64,000 nt of DNA from assembly GCA_963716725.1 (NCBI GenBank), contig CAVQUB010000021.1, positions 64,001-128,000 on the forward strand, given 5' to 3'. Of the stretch, positions 10,007 to 19,679 are shown one piece after another. Source of the DNA: an uncultured delta proteobacterium (GTDB lineage Bacteria; Myxococcota_A; Polyangia; Polyangiales; Polyangiaceae). Position numbers and translations under genes: made by a program. The number at the start of each line of letters is the position of its first letter. Positions within the stretch are counted from its first letter, which is position 1. Under the pieces are notes generated by a model. The model was not told the origin of the DNA and did not search any database. It was given only the letters and a program-made list of their open reading frames with translations.

Positions 10007-12220
10007 GTGCGCCAGGCGGTTGTTTTCGTCTCTTTGCTGTCGCTGACCGGCTGCTCCGACGGCGAGGAAGAGGTCCAGCCAGAGCCGGCTCGGGCGGACC
10101 TCTTCGCCGCCATCGATCCGCGGATCGGTACCGCAGGAGTCGGCTTCGGGGTCGGATCGACCTACCCCGGCCCGGCCGTGCCCTTCGCGATGATCCATCC
10201 TAGCCCGGACACGCGGACCGAGACTGGAGCCCCGAGCTTCTATCACTGCGCGGGCTACTACGCCGAGGACCCCTTCATCAGCGCCTTCTCGCTGCTGCAC
10301 TTCGAGGGCACCGGCGTGCCGGACTACGGGACCATCGGTATCTTGCCCACGCTGGGCATGAGCGAAAAGAAGCGCAGCCAAGCTGGACACATGATCGGCT
10401 TCGACAAAGCCAGCGAAGTGATGAAGCCGGGCTACTACGCGGTGACGCTCGCAGACGGCATTCGAGTGGAGCTGACCTCCAGCGAGCGAGCGGCGATCTT
10501 CCGTTTCACCTTTCCAAGCGACGCGAAGCCGGTGCTGCTCTTGGATCTGGATCACCGGCTCGAGGGTGAGATCGCAGCGGCGGACGTCACGCTCGCCGAA
10601 AGCGGCTTCGACGCCCACGTGCGCCACCTCGGCAACATGTCGGAACGAGCGGGCGGCTACGACCTCTTTGCGCGCGGCCTGCTCGACGTGACGCCGACGG
10701 CGGTGGGCACCTTCGACGCCGGGGGCCTCTCGCCCGGGAAGCCCATCGCCACCGGCGTTCCGCTGGGCGCGTGGTTGGAGTTGCCCGCGGGCACGACGAC
10801 GGCGACGCTGCGGATCGCGGGGAGCTTCGTGGACGCCGCCGGCGCCCAGAAGAACCTCGCGACCGAAGCGCCGAACTTCGATTTCGAAGGCATGCAAAGC
10901 GCTGCCGAGGACCGTTGGCGCGCCGTCACCGACCGCTTCGAAATCTGGGGTGCTTCGAGCTACGACACGACCGTGATGGCCACCGCGCTCTATCACGCGC
11001 TGCTCATGCCGACGCTGATGAGCGACGTCGACGGGCGCTTCGTCGACGTGCACGGCAAGGTGGCCAAGAGCAACCGCCGTCGCTACAACGACTTCTCCCT
11101 CTGGGACACCTACCGCACGCTCCACCCCTGGCTGCTGCTCTCCGAAGACGAGCGCAACGAGGACTTCGCGGCGTCGCTGGTGAACATGGCCAAAGAGGGC
11201 GGCGCAGTGCCGGTCTGGGGCATCGCGCACGGCGACTCGCACACCATGGTCGGATCGCCCGGCGAGATCGTGCTGGCGGAGTCCGCGCTCAAGGGCGTGG
11301 CCTTCGACGACGAAGCCGCAGCCTTCGATCTGGCTCGGGTCGCGGCCTTCGGCCCGTCCCCGGGTCCGGTCGGCGGCCGCGACGCCGATCTCGGCTCGTA
11401 CCTCGAAAAAGGCTTCATCCCCTCGGAGGTCTCCAACGGATCGGTGTCGAAGACCCAGGAGTACGCCGTGGCCGACGCCGCCCTGGGGCTCTGGGCCGCT
11501 CGCCTCGGCAAGACCGCCGACGCGAGCACGCTGTCGAAGCGCGGACGCAACTACGCAAACGTGTACGACCCCGGGATCGGGTTCTTCCGGCCGCGCAAGG
11601 GCGACGGCAGCTGGGGCGCACTCGGGGATCCGACCGCGCTGGACAAGGCCTACGTCGAAGGCAACGCTTGGCACTACCTGTGGATGGTGCCGCACGATCC
11701 CGAAGGTCTGGCGGAGACCCTGGGCGGCGAGAGCGCAGCGCTCGAACGCCTGCGCGATTTCTTCGCCGCGAGCAAAGAGGACGTGCCCATCTTGGGCGTG
11801 CGCGCGCACTACTGGCCGAGCAACGAGCCGGACATCAGCGCGCCGTGGTTCTTTGCAGCGTGGGGCTCGCCGGCCGAGACCTGGTCCACGGTTGACTGGG
11901 TGGTCACCGAGCTCTACGGCGACGGCGTCGACGGCCTGCCGGGCAACGACGACGGCGGCACGATGAGCGCGTGGCTGCTCTTCGCGGCGACCGGGCTCTA
12001 TCCTCTGCCGGGCACCGATCGCTACATCGTCTCGCCGCCGCGCTACTCGAAGGTGGTGCTGCGCCGACCGAGCGGCGACCTGACCGTGAAGGCGTCACCC
12101 GCGCCAAAGCCAGGCCTGAAGGTCGAAGCGGTGACTCTCGACGGCGTGCAGGTGTCGACCCGTACGCTCACCCACGCCGAGCTCGAAGGAGCCCGCGTAC
12201 TCAGCTTCGAGCTGCGCTGA
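10007..12220 (+). CDS. GH92 family alpha-mannosidase (lipoprotein)
   Basis: TYPGPAVPFAMIHPSPDT, FSLWDTYRTLHP, SVSKTQEYA, YVEGNAWHY, SNEP, GNDDGGTMSAW; lipobox LTGC. Confidence 0.92.
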   Translation: MRQAVVFVSLLSLTGCSDGEEEVQPEPARADLFAAIDPRIGTAGVGFGVGSTYPGPAVPFAMIHPSPDTRTETGAPSFYHCAGYYAEDPFISAFSLLHFEGTGVPDYGTIGILPTLGMSEKKRSQAGHMIGFDKASEVMKPGYYAVTLADGIRVELTSSERAAIFRFTFPSDAKPVLLLDLDHRLEGEIAAADVTLAESGFDAHVRHLGNMSERAGGYDLFARGLLDVTPTAVGTFDAGGLSPGKPIATGVPLGAWLELPAGTTTATLRIAGSFVDAAGAQKNLATEAPNFDFEGMQSAAEDRWRAVTDRFEIWGASSYDTTVMATALYHALLMPTLMSDVDGRFVDVHGKVAKSNRRRYNDFSLWDTYRTLHPWLLLSEDERNEDFAASLVNMAKEGGAVPVWGIAHGDSHTMVGSPGEIVLAESALKGVAFDDEAAAFDLARVAAFGPSPGPVGGRDADLGSYLEKGFIPSEVSNGSVSKTQEYAVADAALGLWAARLGKTADASTLSKRGRNYANVYDPGIGFFRPRKGDGSWGALGDPTALDKAYVEGNAWHYLWMVPHDPEGLAETLGGESAALERLRDFFAASKEDVPILGVRAHYWPSNEPDISAPWFFAAWGSPAETWSTVDWVVTELYGDGVDGLPGNDDGGTMSAWLLFAATGLYPLPGTDRYIVSPPRYSKVVLRRPSGDLTVKASPAPKPGLKVEAVTLDGVQVSTRTLTHAELEGARVLSFELR

Positions 12221-12230
12221 CCGAGAAATC

Positions 12231-12392
12231 TCAGGCGGCGTGCTTGCCGGGCACGAGGGTCGTGTTTCGCTGCGCCTCGGGCGGACGTGTGCGACGCGCG
12301 CGCTCACGGGCGCGGATGAAGACGACCCGAAGCTCGGCGGTGGACAGGGTGGCTAGCCAGGGAGTCTTCGGAGAGTTGCTGCGCCGGGTCAT
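12231..12392 (-). CDS. putative small protein (53 aa), below ORF-track cutoff
   Basis: ATG at 12392 with GAGG SD; MTRRSNSPKTPWLATLSTAELRVVFIRARERARRTRPPEAQRNTTLVPGKHAA*; fills the gap after the GH92 stop. Confidence 0.45.
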   Translation of the reverse strand: MTRRSNSPKTPWLATLSTAELRVVFIRARERARRTRPPEAQRNTTLVPGKHAA

Positions 12393-12416
12393 GACAGATG
12401 CCTCAAAGGGAATCAG

Positions 12417-12432
12417 TGCATGCGCCGTGCCG
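12417..12432 (-). promoter_or_regulatory. sigma54 (-24/-12) promoter candidate
   Basis: Minus strand CGGCACGGCGCATGCA has GG-N10-GC spacing and is close to TGGCACG-N4-TTGCA; about 25 nt upstream of the small ORF. Confidence 0.5.
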
Positions 12433-12565
12433 GCGGCCAGCCGCTGGGGCTTCGGGCGTTTTCCACGGCTTTTCGGGGTTCAGCCCCACGGCGGCGTGTG
12501 CGGATCCTCACACCCCCCGTGTCCTGGCGATCAGACCTGGGGTTCCCAGTGCCATACTTCGCCGG

Positions 12566-13150
12566 ATGCGGCGTGTCGCTGGCCTATCCCTGATGCTGGT
12601 CGCCTGTGGCGGCGGCGAGGGTGACGGGCCGCCGAACGTCGATGCGGGCGCGGGCGCGGGCGGCGGCGGCGGCGCCCCGCCCTCGAAGGTCGCCTTCGTC
12701 AGCTCGACCGAGTACACGCCGGACTTCGGATTGGCGGAAGCAGCGGACGCGCTGTGCACCGAGCGCGCGAGCTTCGTCGGACTCCCCGGCAGCTTCCGTG
12801 CCTGGCTGAGCGACGCTAGTTCGTCTCCGAGTTCGCGCTTCTCGAGGCCCCTCGGCAACTACGTTCGCGTCAAAGGCGCGGTCATCGCCAAGGGTTGGGT
12901 GGGCCTCACTACCGAAGTCCTGAAAGTCCCCCTCGACTACGACGAGTTCGGTGACGAGACCTTGCTCGGCTTCACGGCTTGGACGGGGACAGACGCCGAC
13001 GGGGCAGCCACGAGTCAAGATTGCTCGACCTGGAGCGGCAAGGGTCAGGGCACCTTTGGGGACATTCGCGCCTACGATCAGAGCTGGACCAAGATGCCGA
13101 GCCCGGCAGGGTGCGGTGGGTTTGGACACCTCTACTGCTTCGAGCAGTGA
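12566..13150 (+). CDS. DUF1554/endostatin-like domain lipoprotein
   Basis: Lipobox LVAC; FVSSTEY...AADALC...FRAWLS...WTGTDADG...C..W...HLYCFEQ pattern. Confidence 0.8.
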   Translation: MRRVAGLSLMLVACGGGEGDGPPNVDAGAGAGGGGGAPPSKVAFVSSTEYTPDFGLAEAADALCTERASFVGLPGSFRAWLSDASSSPSSRFSRPLGNYVRVKGAVIAKGWVGLTTEVLKVPLDYDEFGDETLLGFTAWTGTDADGAATSQDCSTWSGKGQGTFGDIRAYDQSWTKMPSPAGCGGFGHLYCFEQ

Positions 13151-13152
13151 GC

Positions 13153-14115
13153 TCAGATCCGAAGGCCGAGCACGGACCCGGTGAGCGCCGCAGCCACGGC
13201 CGCCGCCAGGGGAACGGACAAGTTGTCGTCGATGCGAACGCTGGCGGCTTCGGCCACCGCGCCTGCTGCGCCCGCGGCCACCGAGACGGCGATCAGCGCG
13301 GGGATTGGCGCAGCGCCGTGCCAGAGCAGGAGCACGGCGAAGGCGGCAAGAGAGCCGAACAGAGCAAACGCCAGGGTGCCTTCGAGCGTGCGACCACCGG
13401 CCAGTTGCCGGCGCCCCCAGCGACGGCCGACCAGGCCCGCGGCCGGATCACCGACGCCGAGGACCGCCAAGGCTGCGGCCGACGCGAACGACGGACTGAC
13501 GAAGGCCAGGATCACCAGCGCCGTGCCGTACCAGGTCGCAGAGTTGACGTGATGGTGCTCGTGGGGATGGATGATGGCCCGAAAGAAGCGCACGCGCATC
13601 AGCCGCTCGTTCCAACGCTTGCTGATCACGCGCCCAGTCTCGTTCACCCAGCAGTAGACGGCGAACGCGCCGGTGGCCCACAGCGTCCCGGTGCGGGACA
13701 GGAACACCTCGAGCAGAAGCAGCGCGCCGACGGCGGAGCTGACGTGGAAACCGATGCGCGGCCAGTTGGTGGGGCGCAGCGTGGGAGCGCGCACCGAACG
13801 ACGTCGAAGCTCGCCGGCCAGGCGCTCATAGACGGCCATCAGGTGCGGGCGGAGCCGGAGCCAATAGCTGGCGGACTCGGAGGTCTCGATGGCCGCCTCA
13901 TCCATCAGGGCTCGCAGGGTCGCGACGGACTCGCTGATGGGCGGCGGCGCTGCGGTCTCGGTCGAGAGTTCTTCGACCGACGCCCGGATCCGCGACCAGC
14001 GCTCCTTGGCGCGGGTGCTCATCGCGTGGGTGAAGCTGGCCGGATCCGTCTCTCGGAGCAACGCGAAGAGCTCGCTGGCGAGGTCTCCGGTCTGAGTCAG
14101 CGTCGCCGTGTTCAT
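13153..14115 (-). CDS. phytol/dolichol kinase-like (CTP-transferase family) membrane protein
   Basis: RIGFH, GVGDPAAGLVGRRWG, RTLEGT and IDDNL motifs; multiple TM helices. Confidence 0.8.
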   Translation of the reverse strand: MNTATLTQTGDLASELFALLRETDPASFTHAMSTRAKERWSRIRASVEELSTETAAPPPISESVATLRALMDEAAIETSESASYWLRLRPHLMAVYERLAGELRRRSVRAPTLRPTNWPRIGFHVSSAVGALLLLEVFLSRTGTLWATGAFAVYCWVNETGRVISKRWNERLMRVRFFRAIIHPHEHHHVNSATWYGTALVILAFVSPSFASAAALAVLGVGDPAAGLVGRRWGRRQLAGGRTLEGTLAFALFGSLAAFAVLLLWHGAAPIPALIAVSVAAGAAGAVAEAASVRIDDNLSVPLAAAVAAALTGSVLGLRI

Positions 14116-14213
14116 CCAAGGGTTCACCTAGCGCAAAACGGTCTCCGCGGCGAGATTGTCGATGGTCGCGCGAACGGACCTTCGCACTCTTGTCAGGAAT
14201 TGGTCATTTTGGA

Positions 14214-14846
14214 TCACCGCTGCTTCATGCGTGCCGTCGTGACCCACTCGTCCCAGGTGCTCGACCAGCCGTCGTAGTGGATCAAATATTTGTCCGCTTT
14301 GACGCTGAGCACGCTGGCGGGCCACCACTTGCCTTTCCAGAGGACCGCGACCTTCGCGCCGGCTGCGTAGGCGGCCTTCTTTGGCGCCGGCGGCCCCGCG
14401 TCGATCGGCGGCGCGAGCATCACCCCCGACGCGGTGGGCATGAGGTTGGGCACAGGCCTCGCGGCCACACGGGTCGGCGAGGCACTGCCGGCGGGAGCGC
14501 CGGTGGCAACGAGCTCCGGGGTCGGAGGCGTCAGCTCTGGACCGACCAACGGCTTGGACGAGTCGATGTAGTACGGCGCGAAGCTGGTCTCGGTCAGCCA
14601 CGCTGCCAGCATCGGCTTCCACTCGGCTGCGTCGAGTCCGGTGTCCCGCAGCGACGCCTCGACCGCGAGGCTGGCGACCTTGGCGCACGAGTGCTCGCCC
14701 GGTCGCACCCCGGCTTCTTCGGTGAGCTTGCGGCAGGTCGCGAACACCTTCTCGTACTTGCCGAGCAGGCGCTGGGCCCGCATCTTGGGCGTGCACCCGC
14801 CCGCGAAGAGCGCGACCACGAGCAGGAGCCCTCCGATTCGCCGCAT
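14214..14846 (-). CDS. lipoprotein with C-terminal Tudor-knot/Agenet-like domain
   Basis: Lipobox AGGC; C-terminus KVAVLWKGKWWPASVLSVKADKYLIHYDGWSSTWDEWV. Confidence 0.75.
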   Translation of the reverse strand: MRRIGGLLLVVALFAGGCTPKMRAQRLLGKYEKVFATCRKLTEEAGVRPGEHSCAKVASLAVEASLRDTGLDAAEWKPMLAAWLTETSFAPYYIDSSKPLVGPELTPPTPELVATGAPAGSASPTRVAARPVPNLMPTASGVMLAPPIDAGPPAPKKAAYAAGAKVAVLWKGKWWPASVLSVKADKYLIHYDGWSSTWDEWVTTARMKQR

Positions 14847-14936
14847 CTCGTATCAGCGTGGAGCCGACCCGCGAGCTTCGTCAAGCGACCGCGGCTGTAA
14901 GGCCGCTGTGTTGCCCGGCGTTGACGGGGCACCGCC

Positions 14937-15333
14937 GTGTCATTTCGCGAGAGGCTCCCGAAGAACTTGGTCGTCGTCGCACTCGGGCTCACGGCCGCGC
15001 TGGGACCCGCGTGCCGCAAGTCCACGGACGGCGACGCGCTCTCCGGGTCACGAGCACCTCGTCAACGGGTCCGCGTCGGTGCTCTTTCTGCGCAATGACC
15101 TGCTCCGGTTCAGCGAGCTGGGCACCCTGGGCGCGCGGCCCGACGGCAACGGCGACGACGGCTGTCGCGCCTCGTGCGTGGACTGGTACGGCAACGCTCG
15201 GCCCTTGTTCCTGCGAAACCGCGTGTTGGCCCTGCTCGGATACGAGATCGTCGAGGGAGAGCTCGACGGCGGCCGCATCAAAGAGACGCGGCGGGTGAGC
15301 TTCGCGCCACGACGCACGCAGATCGCGCGCTAG
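14937..15333 (+). pseudogene. internally deleted lipoprotein gene (signal peptide joined out of frame to a beta-propeller-protein C-terminus)
   Basis: GTG at 14937 gives MSFRERLPKNLVVVALGLTAALGPAC and stops at 15098. Another frame from about 15040 gives HLVNGSASVLFLRN...DDGCRASCVDWYGNARPLFLRNRVLALLGYEIVEG*. Confidence 0.6.
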
Positions 15334-15451
15334 CTGCAAGGGCGGAGGGCAACTGCGCAGCGCGCAATCCGGCGCCCCTGCTCACGCGTGACGCAGCGCG
15401 AGATGCGCTTTGTCAGGTGCCTTCGGGCGTTCCCGTGGCAGGCTCGGGACC

Positions 15452-16759
15452 ATGACGACCGACCTCACCGAGTTCGTCCGTCCCGCCGCCGGCGTGACGC
15501 GCGTTTCCAGCATGGCTTCCGGCATCGTCGGATCGGAGATCTTGAAGATCGCCGCAGACATCCGCGCGATGGTCCAGAAGGGGCAGAAGATCTGCAATTT
15601 CACCGTCGGCGACTTCGACCCGCGGGAGTTTCCCATCCCCGACGCGCTCCAGAAAGGCATCGTCGAGGCCTACGAGGCGCACGAGACCAACTACCCGCCG
15701 TCCAATGGCATGCCGGAGCTGCGAAGCGCGGTGCAGCGCTTCTACGCGCGTGAGCTCGGGCTCGAAGTGCCGATCGAGTCCATGCTTGATCTGCGGCGGC
15801 GCGCGGCCCGTCATCTACGGCGTGTATCGCACGCTCGTCGATCCCGGCGACGTGGTCGTGTTCCCCGCTGCCGAGCTGGAACAACAACCACTACGTGCAG
15901 ATGACGGGCGCCCGCGGGGTCGCCGTCAAGTGCGGCGCCGAGACGCGCTTCCTGCCGACGCGCGAGAGCATGCTCGTCGAGCCTGGGCGAGGCGCGTCTC
16001 GTGTGTCTCAACTCGCCGCTCAATCCGACCGGCACGGCCATGAGCCGCGACATGCTCGCCGGCATCTCCGAGGCCATCTTGAGCGAGAACGAGAAGCGGG
16101 AGAAGACCGGAAAACGCCCGGTGTTCCTGATGTACGATCAGATCTACTGGATGCTCACCGCGGACGGGGCCAGCCACGTGACTCCGCCGGGCATCGACCC
16201 CGAGATGGCGCGCTACACCATCTTCGTGGACGGGATCAGCAAGGCGTTCGCCGCCACGGGAGTGCGGGTCGGCTGGGCCGTGGGCCCGGTCGACGTCATC
16301 GACCGCATGAGCTCGATCTTGGGTCACGTCGGGGCGTGGGCGCCCCGCGCCGAGCAGGTCGCGACCGCAAAGTTTCTCGACGACACGGCGAGCATCAAGA
16401 CCTACGTCCGCGAGATCAAGCAGGGCATCGTGGGTCGCCTGAACGCTCTGCACGAAGGCTTCCAGGCGTTCAAGGCCCAGGGACTTCCGGTCGACAGCTT
16501 GTCTCCCGAAGGCGCGATCTACCTGACGGTGCGCGTCGCGCCCTTCGGCAAGAAGACCCCGGACGGCACGCTGCTCTCCAGCAATGAAGACATCCGCAAG
16601 CTGCTGCTCGATCGAGCGGGAGTGGGCGTCGTTCCCTTCCAGGCCTTTGGCTACCCGGACGACGACGGCTGGTTCCGCCTGAGCGTGGGCGCGGTGTCCC
16701 TGCGCGAGGTCCAGGACGCGCTGCCACGCATCGGCGAGGCGCTGCGCGCCCTGGCCTGA
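15452..16759 (+). CDS. class I/II (aspartate) aminotransferase, with three apparent +1 frameshifts
   Basis: NFTVGD, YPPSNGMPELR, LNSPLNPTG, YDQIY, GISKAFAATGVRVGW (PLP Lys), FRLS. Extra bases near 15787, 15865 and 15976 split it across ORFs. Confidence 0.85.
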
Positions 16760-16854
16760 CTGGTGGGAGCTGCTCCCACACCCACCCCGTCATTTTCCGT
16801 CCGATCCTTGGCCCGGCGCCCCGATTTCGACTCTTTGTCGGCCGGGGACGTCCC

Positions 16855-17388
16855 ATGGACGACGGAAGCTTCTACTTCGAGCCCGAGCTCGACAGCGGTG
16901 TGTTCGCCCGACAGCAGGGTGACGCGGCGGGCCTGGCAGCGCGCGCGCGCTACGCGGTCGATTGCGAAGTCGCCGCCGTCGTCGATCTGACGGGTGCCGT
17001 GGCGAAGCTCGGAGTTTCGGGCTCCCCCCTCGAGCTCAGCGACGAAAAGCAGGCTGTGCTCATGGCCTGGTTGCAAGAAGTCGACTCCTGCGCCCTGCGC
17101 CCGACACCGCCACGGTTGGCGCTGGCCTTCGGGTGTCACGAGCTCTTGGTGGTGCCGATCTGGTCGCCCGTCGCACTGGTCGGCGTGATCGCAGTCTCGA
17201 CGCCCGCTGCCGTGCGGCGTCCGGCCACCATCTTGGAGGCGCTCGCCGCCGAGTGGGCGTTGACGCTCGAGGAAGAGGAGCGCCGATCGTCGCGGGTGGA
17301 ACGCGCGCGCTCCGAATGCGAGACCGAACGAGCGCCCGCGCCGGAGTCCGAGCTCGATTACGCAGTAATTCACGCCGGCCGCTGGTGA
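16855..17388 (+). CDS. hypothetical protein (possible GAF-like fold)
   Basis: LLVVPIW...LVGVIAV...ILEALAAE pattern resembles a GAF C-terminal half; GGGGA SD. Confidence 0.55.
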   Translation: MDDGSFYFEPELDSGVFARQQGDAAGLAARARYAVDCEVAAVVDLTGAVAKLGVSGSPLELSDEKQAVLMAWLQEVDSCALRPTPPRLALAFGCHELLVVPIWSPVALVGVIAVSTPAAVRRPATILEALAAEWALTLEEEERRSSRVERARSECETERAPAPESELDYAVIHAGRW

Positions 17389-17466
17389 TTGTGCTCGCAC
17401 ATCGGGCGCCGATGAGTATGCTCCCGCCCCCTGAACGGCCCTCGGGCCCACGAGACGAGGTACGCG

Positions 17467-17934
17467 GTGCTGGTTCGAGAAGTGATGACGCACAAGGTGC
17501 TGACGGCCGGCTCTGACTGGACGTTGGCAGAGCTCAAGACCTTCCTGCTCGAGCACAGCATCAGCGGCGCCCCGGTGGTCGACGCCCACGGCAAGCTAGT
17601 CGGGGTCGTATCGGCGACCGACGTGATGCGCTCCGAGGACACGCCAGAGATGACCGAGGGCGGCTACTTCGCGACCTCGCTCGATTGTCCGCTCGGCGAA
17701 GAAGAGCTGAGCTCGCTCATCATCGAGGGTGCGCCGTCTCAGATCGTGGGCGACGTGATGACCCCGGTGGTCTTCCAGATCGCCGCCGACGCGCCCGTGG
17801 ACGAAGCCGCTGACACCATGGCGCGGGGGCGCATCCACCGCATCGTCGTCACCGAAGGCGACGCCGTCGTGGGCATCGTCACGGCGCTCGACCTGGTGCG
17901 AGTGCTGCGCGACGTCTTGCGGCAGAACCGCTGA
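17467..17934 (+). CDS. CBS domain pair protein
   Basis: VREVMT...ISGAPVVD..GKLVGVVS..D and VGDVMT...IHRIVV...VVGIVTALD. Confidence 0.92.
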   Translation: MLVREVMTHKVLTAGSDWTLAELKTFLLEHSISGAPVVDAHGKLVGVVSATDVMRSEDTPEMTEGGYFATSLDCPLGEEELSSLIIEGAPSQIVGDVMTPVVFQIAADAPVDEAADTMARGRIHRIVVTEGDAVVGIVTALDLVRVLRDVLRQNR

Positions 17935-17948
17935 GTGGGCGCTCGCTG

Positions 17949-19304
17949 ATGTCGTCCGGCGAGGGCAATCGCGCGGTGCTCATCGCGGTGAGGCACCCCG
18001 ACGTCAGCGAGGCCGAGCTCGACGCGAGCCTCGCCGAGCTGGGGCGCCTGGTGAAGACGCTGGGCTACCGCGTGGTGGATTGGGTGACACAGCCCCGCGC
18101 CACCCTCGCCCCGGGAGCCGTGCTTGGGGAAGGAAAGCTAGCGGAGCTGGCCGAGCTCACCGGCGGCAGCGGGAAGTCGGGCACGCCGCTTCCGCTCCGG
18201 AAGTTGAGCAAGGCTCGGCGCCGACGCGAGCCCGAAGCAGACGCCAGCGGGCCGGAAGAACCCGCCGAGGACAGCGAGCCGAAGATCGCCCTGGTCGCGG
18301 TCGATCACGACATTTCACCCAGTCAGGCTCGCAACCTCGAGCGTGCGACGGGATCGGCGGTTTTGGACCGAACCGGGGTCATCATCGAGATTTTTCATCG
18401 CCACGCCAAGAGCCGCGAAGCGCGGTTGCAAGTCGAGATCGCGCGACTCGCCTACACCGCCCCGCGCCTCCGGGAATCGCCCGCCGGAAGAGAGCGACAA
18501 GCCGGTCGCGGCGCGGGTGAAGCCGCGCTCGAGCTCGATCGACGCAAGATCCGCGACCGCATCGCCGAGCTCAGAGCCGAGCTTGCGGCTATCCAGCGCG
18601 ACCACGGCGTGCGGCGCGCCCACCGGCGCGATGCTCGTCGTGTGGCCTTGGTGGGGTACACCAATGCCGGCAAGAGTTCCCTCATGCGTGCGCTGACTGC
18701 CAGTCAGGTCCACGTAGAAGACAAGCTCTTCGCCACCCTCGACACCACGGTGCGTGCGCTCTCGCCCGAGACGAAACCCCGCATCTTGGTCAGCGACACG
18801 GTCGGCTTCATCAAGAAGCTGCCCCACGACTTGGTCGCGAGCTTCAAATCCACGCTCGACGAAGCCCTCGAAGCGTCGCTGTTGCTCCACGTGGTGGACG
18901 CCAGCGATCCGAGCTGGGAGAGCCAGCTCGAGGTCACCCGGGCGGTGTTGGCCGAGATCGGCGCCGAGGGGCTGCCGATGCGCGTGGTGATGAACAAGAT
19001 CGACAAGCTGGGCGCCGAGGAACTCGAGGAGCTGCGGCGCCAATGGCCGAATGCTTGGTTCTCGTCAGCGCACGATCCGGCCGACGTGATCCGGGTGCGC
19101 GACGCGTTGGTAGCCTTCTTCGAAGAGGACTACCTCGAGAGCGAACTCTTCGTGCCCTGGACGGCCCAGCGACTGGTCGCCGAAATGCACGAGGTCGGTC
19201 GCGTGCTCGAGGAACGCTACGGCGAAGATGGAGTGACCGTTCGCCTGCTCGCCGACGCTCCAACGCTCGCACGGCTGCGCTCGGCGCTCGCGGATGGATC
19301 GTAG
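17949..19304 (+). CDS. hflX: GTPase HflX
   Basis: QARNLE, DRTGVIIEIF, EARLQVE, GYTNAGKSS, LFATLDTT, DTVGFI and NKID motifs. Confidence 0.95.
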   Translation: MSSGEGNRAVLIAVRHPDVSEAELDASLAELGRLVKTLGYRVVDWVTQPRATLAPGAVLGEGKLAELAELTGGSGKSGTPLPLRKLSKARRRREPEADASGPEEPAEDSEPKIALVAVDHDISPSQARNLERATGSAVLDRTGVIIEIFHRHAKSREARLQVEIARLAYTAPRLRESPAGRERQAGRGAGEAALELDRRKIRDRIAELRAELAAIQRDHGVRRAHRRDARRVALVGYTNAGKSSLMRALTASQVHVEDKLFATLDTTVRALSPETKPRILVSDTVGFIKKLPHDLVASFKSTLDEALEASLLLHVVDASDPSWESQLEVTRAVLAEIGAEGLPMRVVMNKIDKLGAEELEELRRQWPNAWFSSAHDPADVIRVRDALVAFFEEDYLESELFVPWTAQRLVAEMHEVGRVLEERYGEDGVTVRLLADAPTLARLRSALADGS

Positions 19305-19331
19305 CCCCGGGCGGCGAGGGCGACGAGACGC

Positions 19332-19529
19332 TCAGCCTTGGTGACGAAGTAGGGTCGTCACCTTGCCGAGCTCGCCCTCCCAGGTCTCGGTGTGGCGCGA
19401 ATCGCTGTGCGACCCGTCGTGTCCGGCGGGCGCGTCGCAAACCAGCTCTGCGCGGCGCTGCGCCACGTTGGTGGACGTGCCGGTGACGCTCCTCGTGACG
19501 ATGAGAACTGCTTTGGCTCCGCAAGTCAT
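19332..19529 (-). CDS. putative small metal-binding protein (65 aa)
   Basis: MTCGAK...LVCDAPAGHDGSH...W; C...C-x5-H-x3-H ligand pattern; fits between hflX and the kinase. Confidence 0.5.
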   Translation of the reverse strand: MTCGAKAVLIVTRSVTGTSTNVAQRRAELVCDAPAGHDGSHSDSRHTETWEGELGKVTTLLRHQG

Positions 19530-19679
19530 CTGTGGACGCCATGGCTTACCCCCGCTCGCTGCTTGGGAGAAGCCCCCAGCGGTTTCCAGGGCCATTACCC
19601 GCGGAGACCACCGCCACCTGGCCCGATCTGGATCCGGCGTGATAGCCTTTGTCGACCTAAGTCCTCTCTTACTTGCGCC

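Noticed and set aside
9923..11809. 628-aa minus-strand ORF
   Set aside because: Shadow of the GH92 gene; no motifs.
15780..15990. Programmed frameshifting in the aminotransferase
   Set aside because: No slippery heptamer; three clustered +1 insertions fit a poor-quality sequence segment better.
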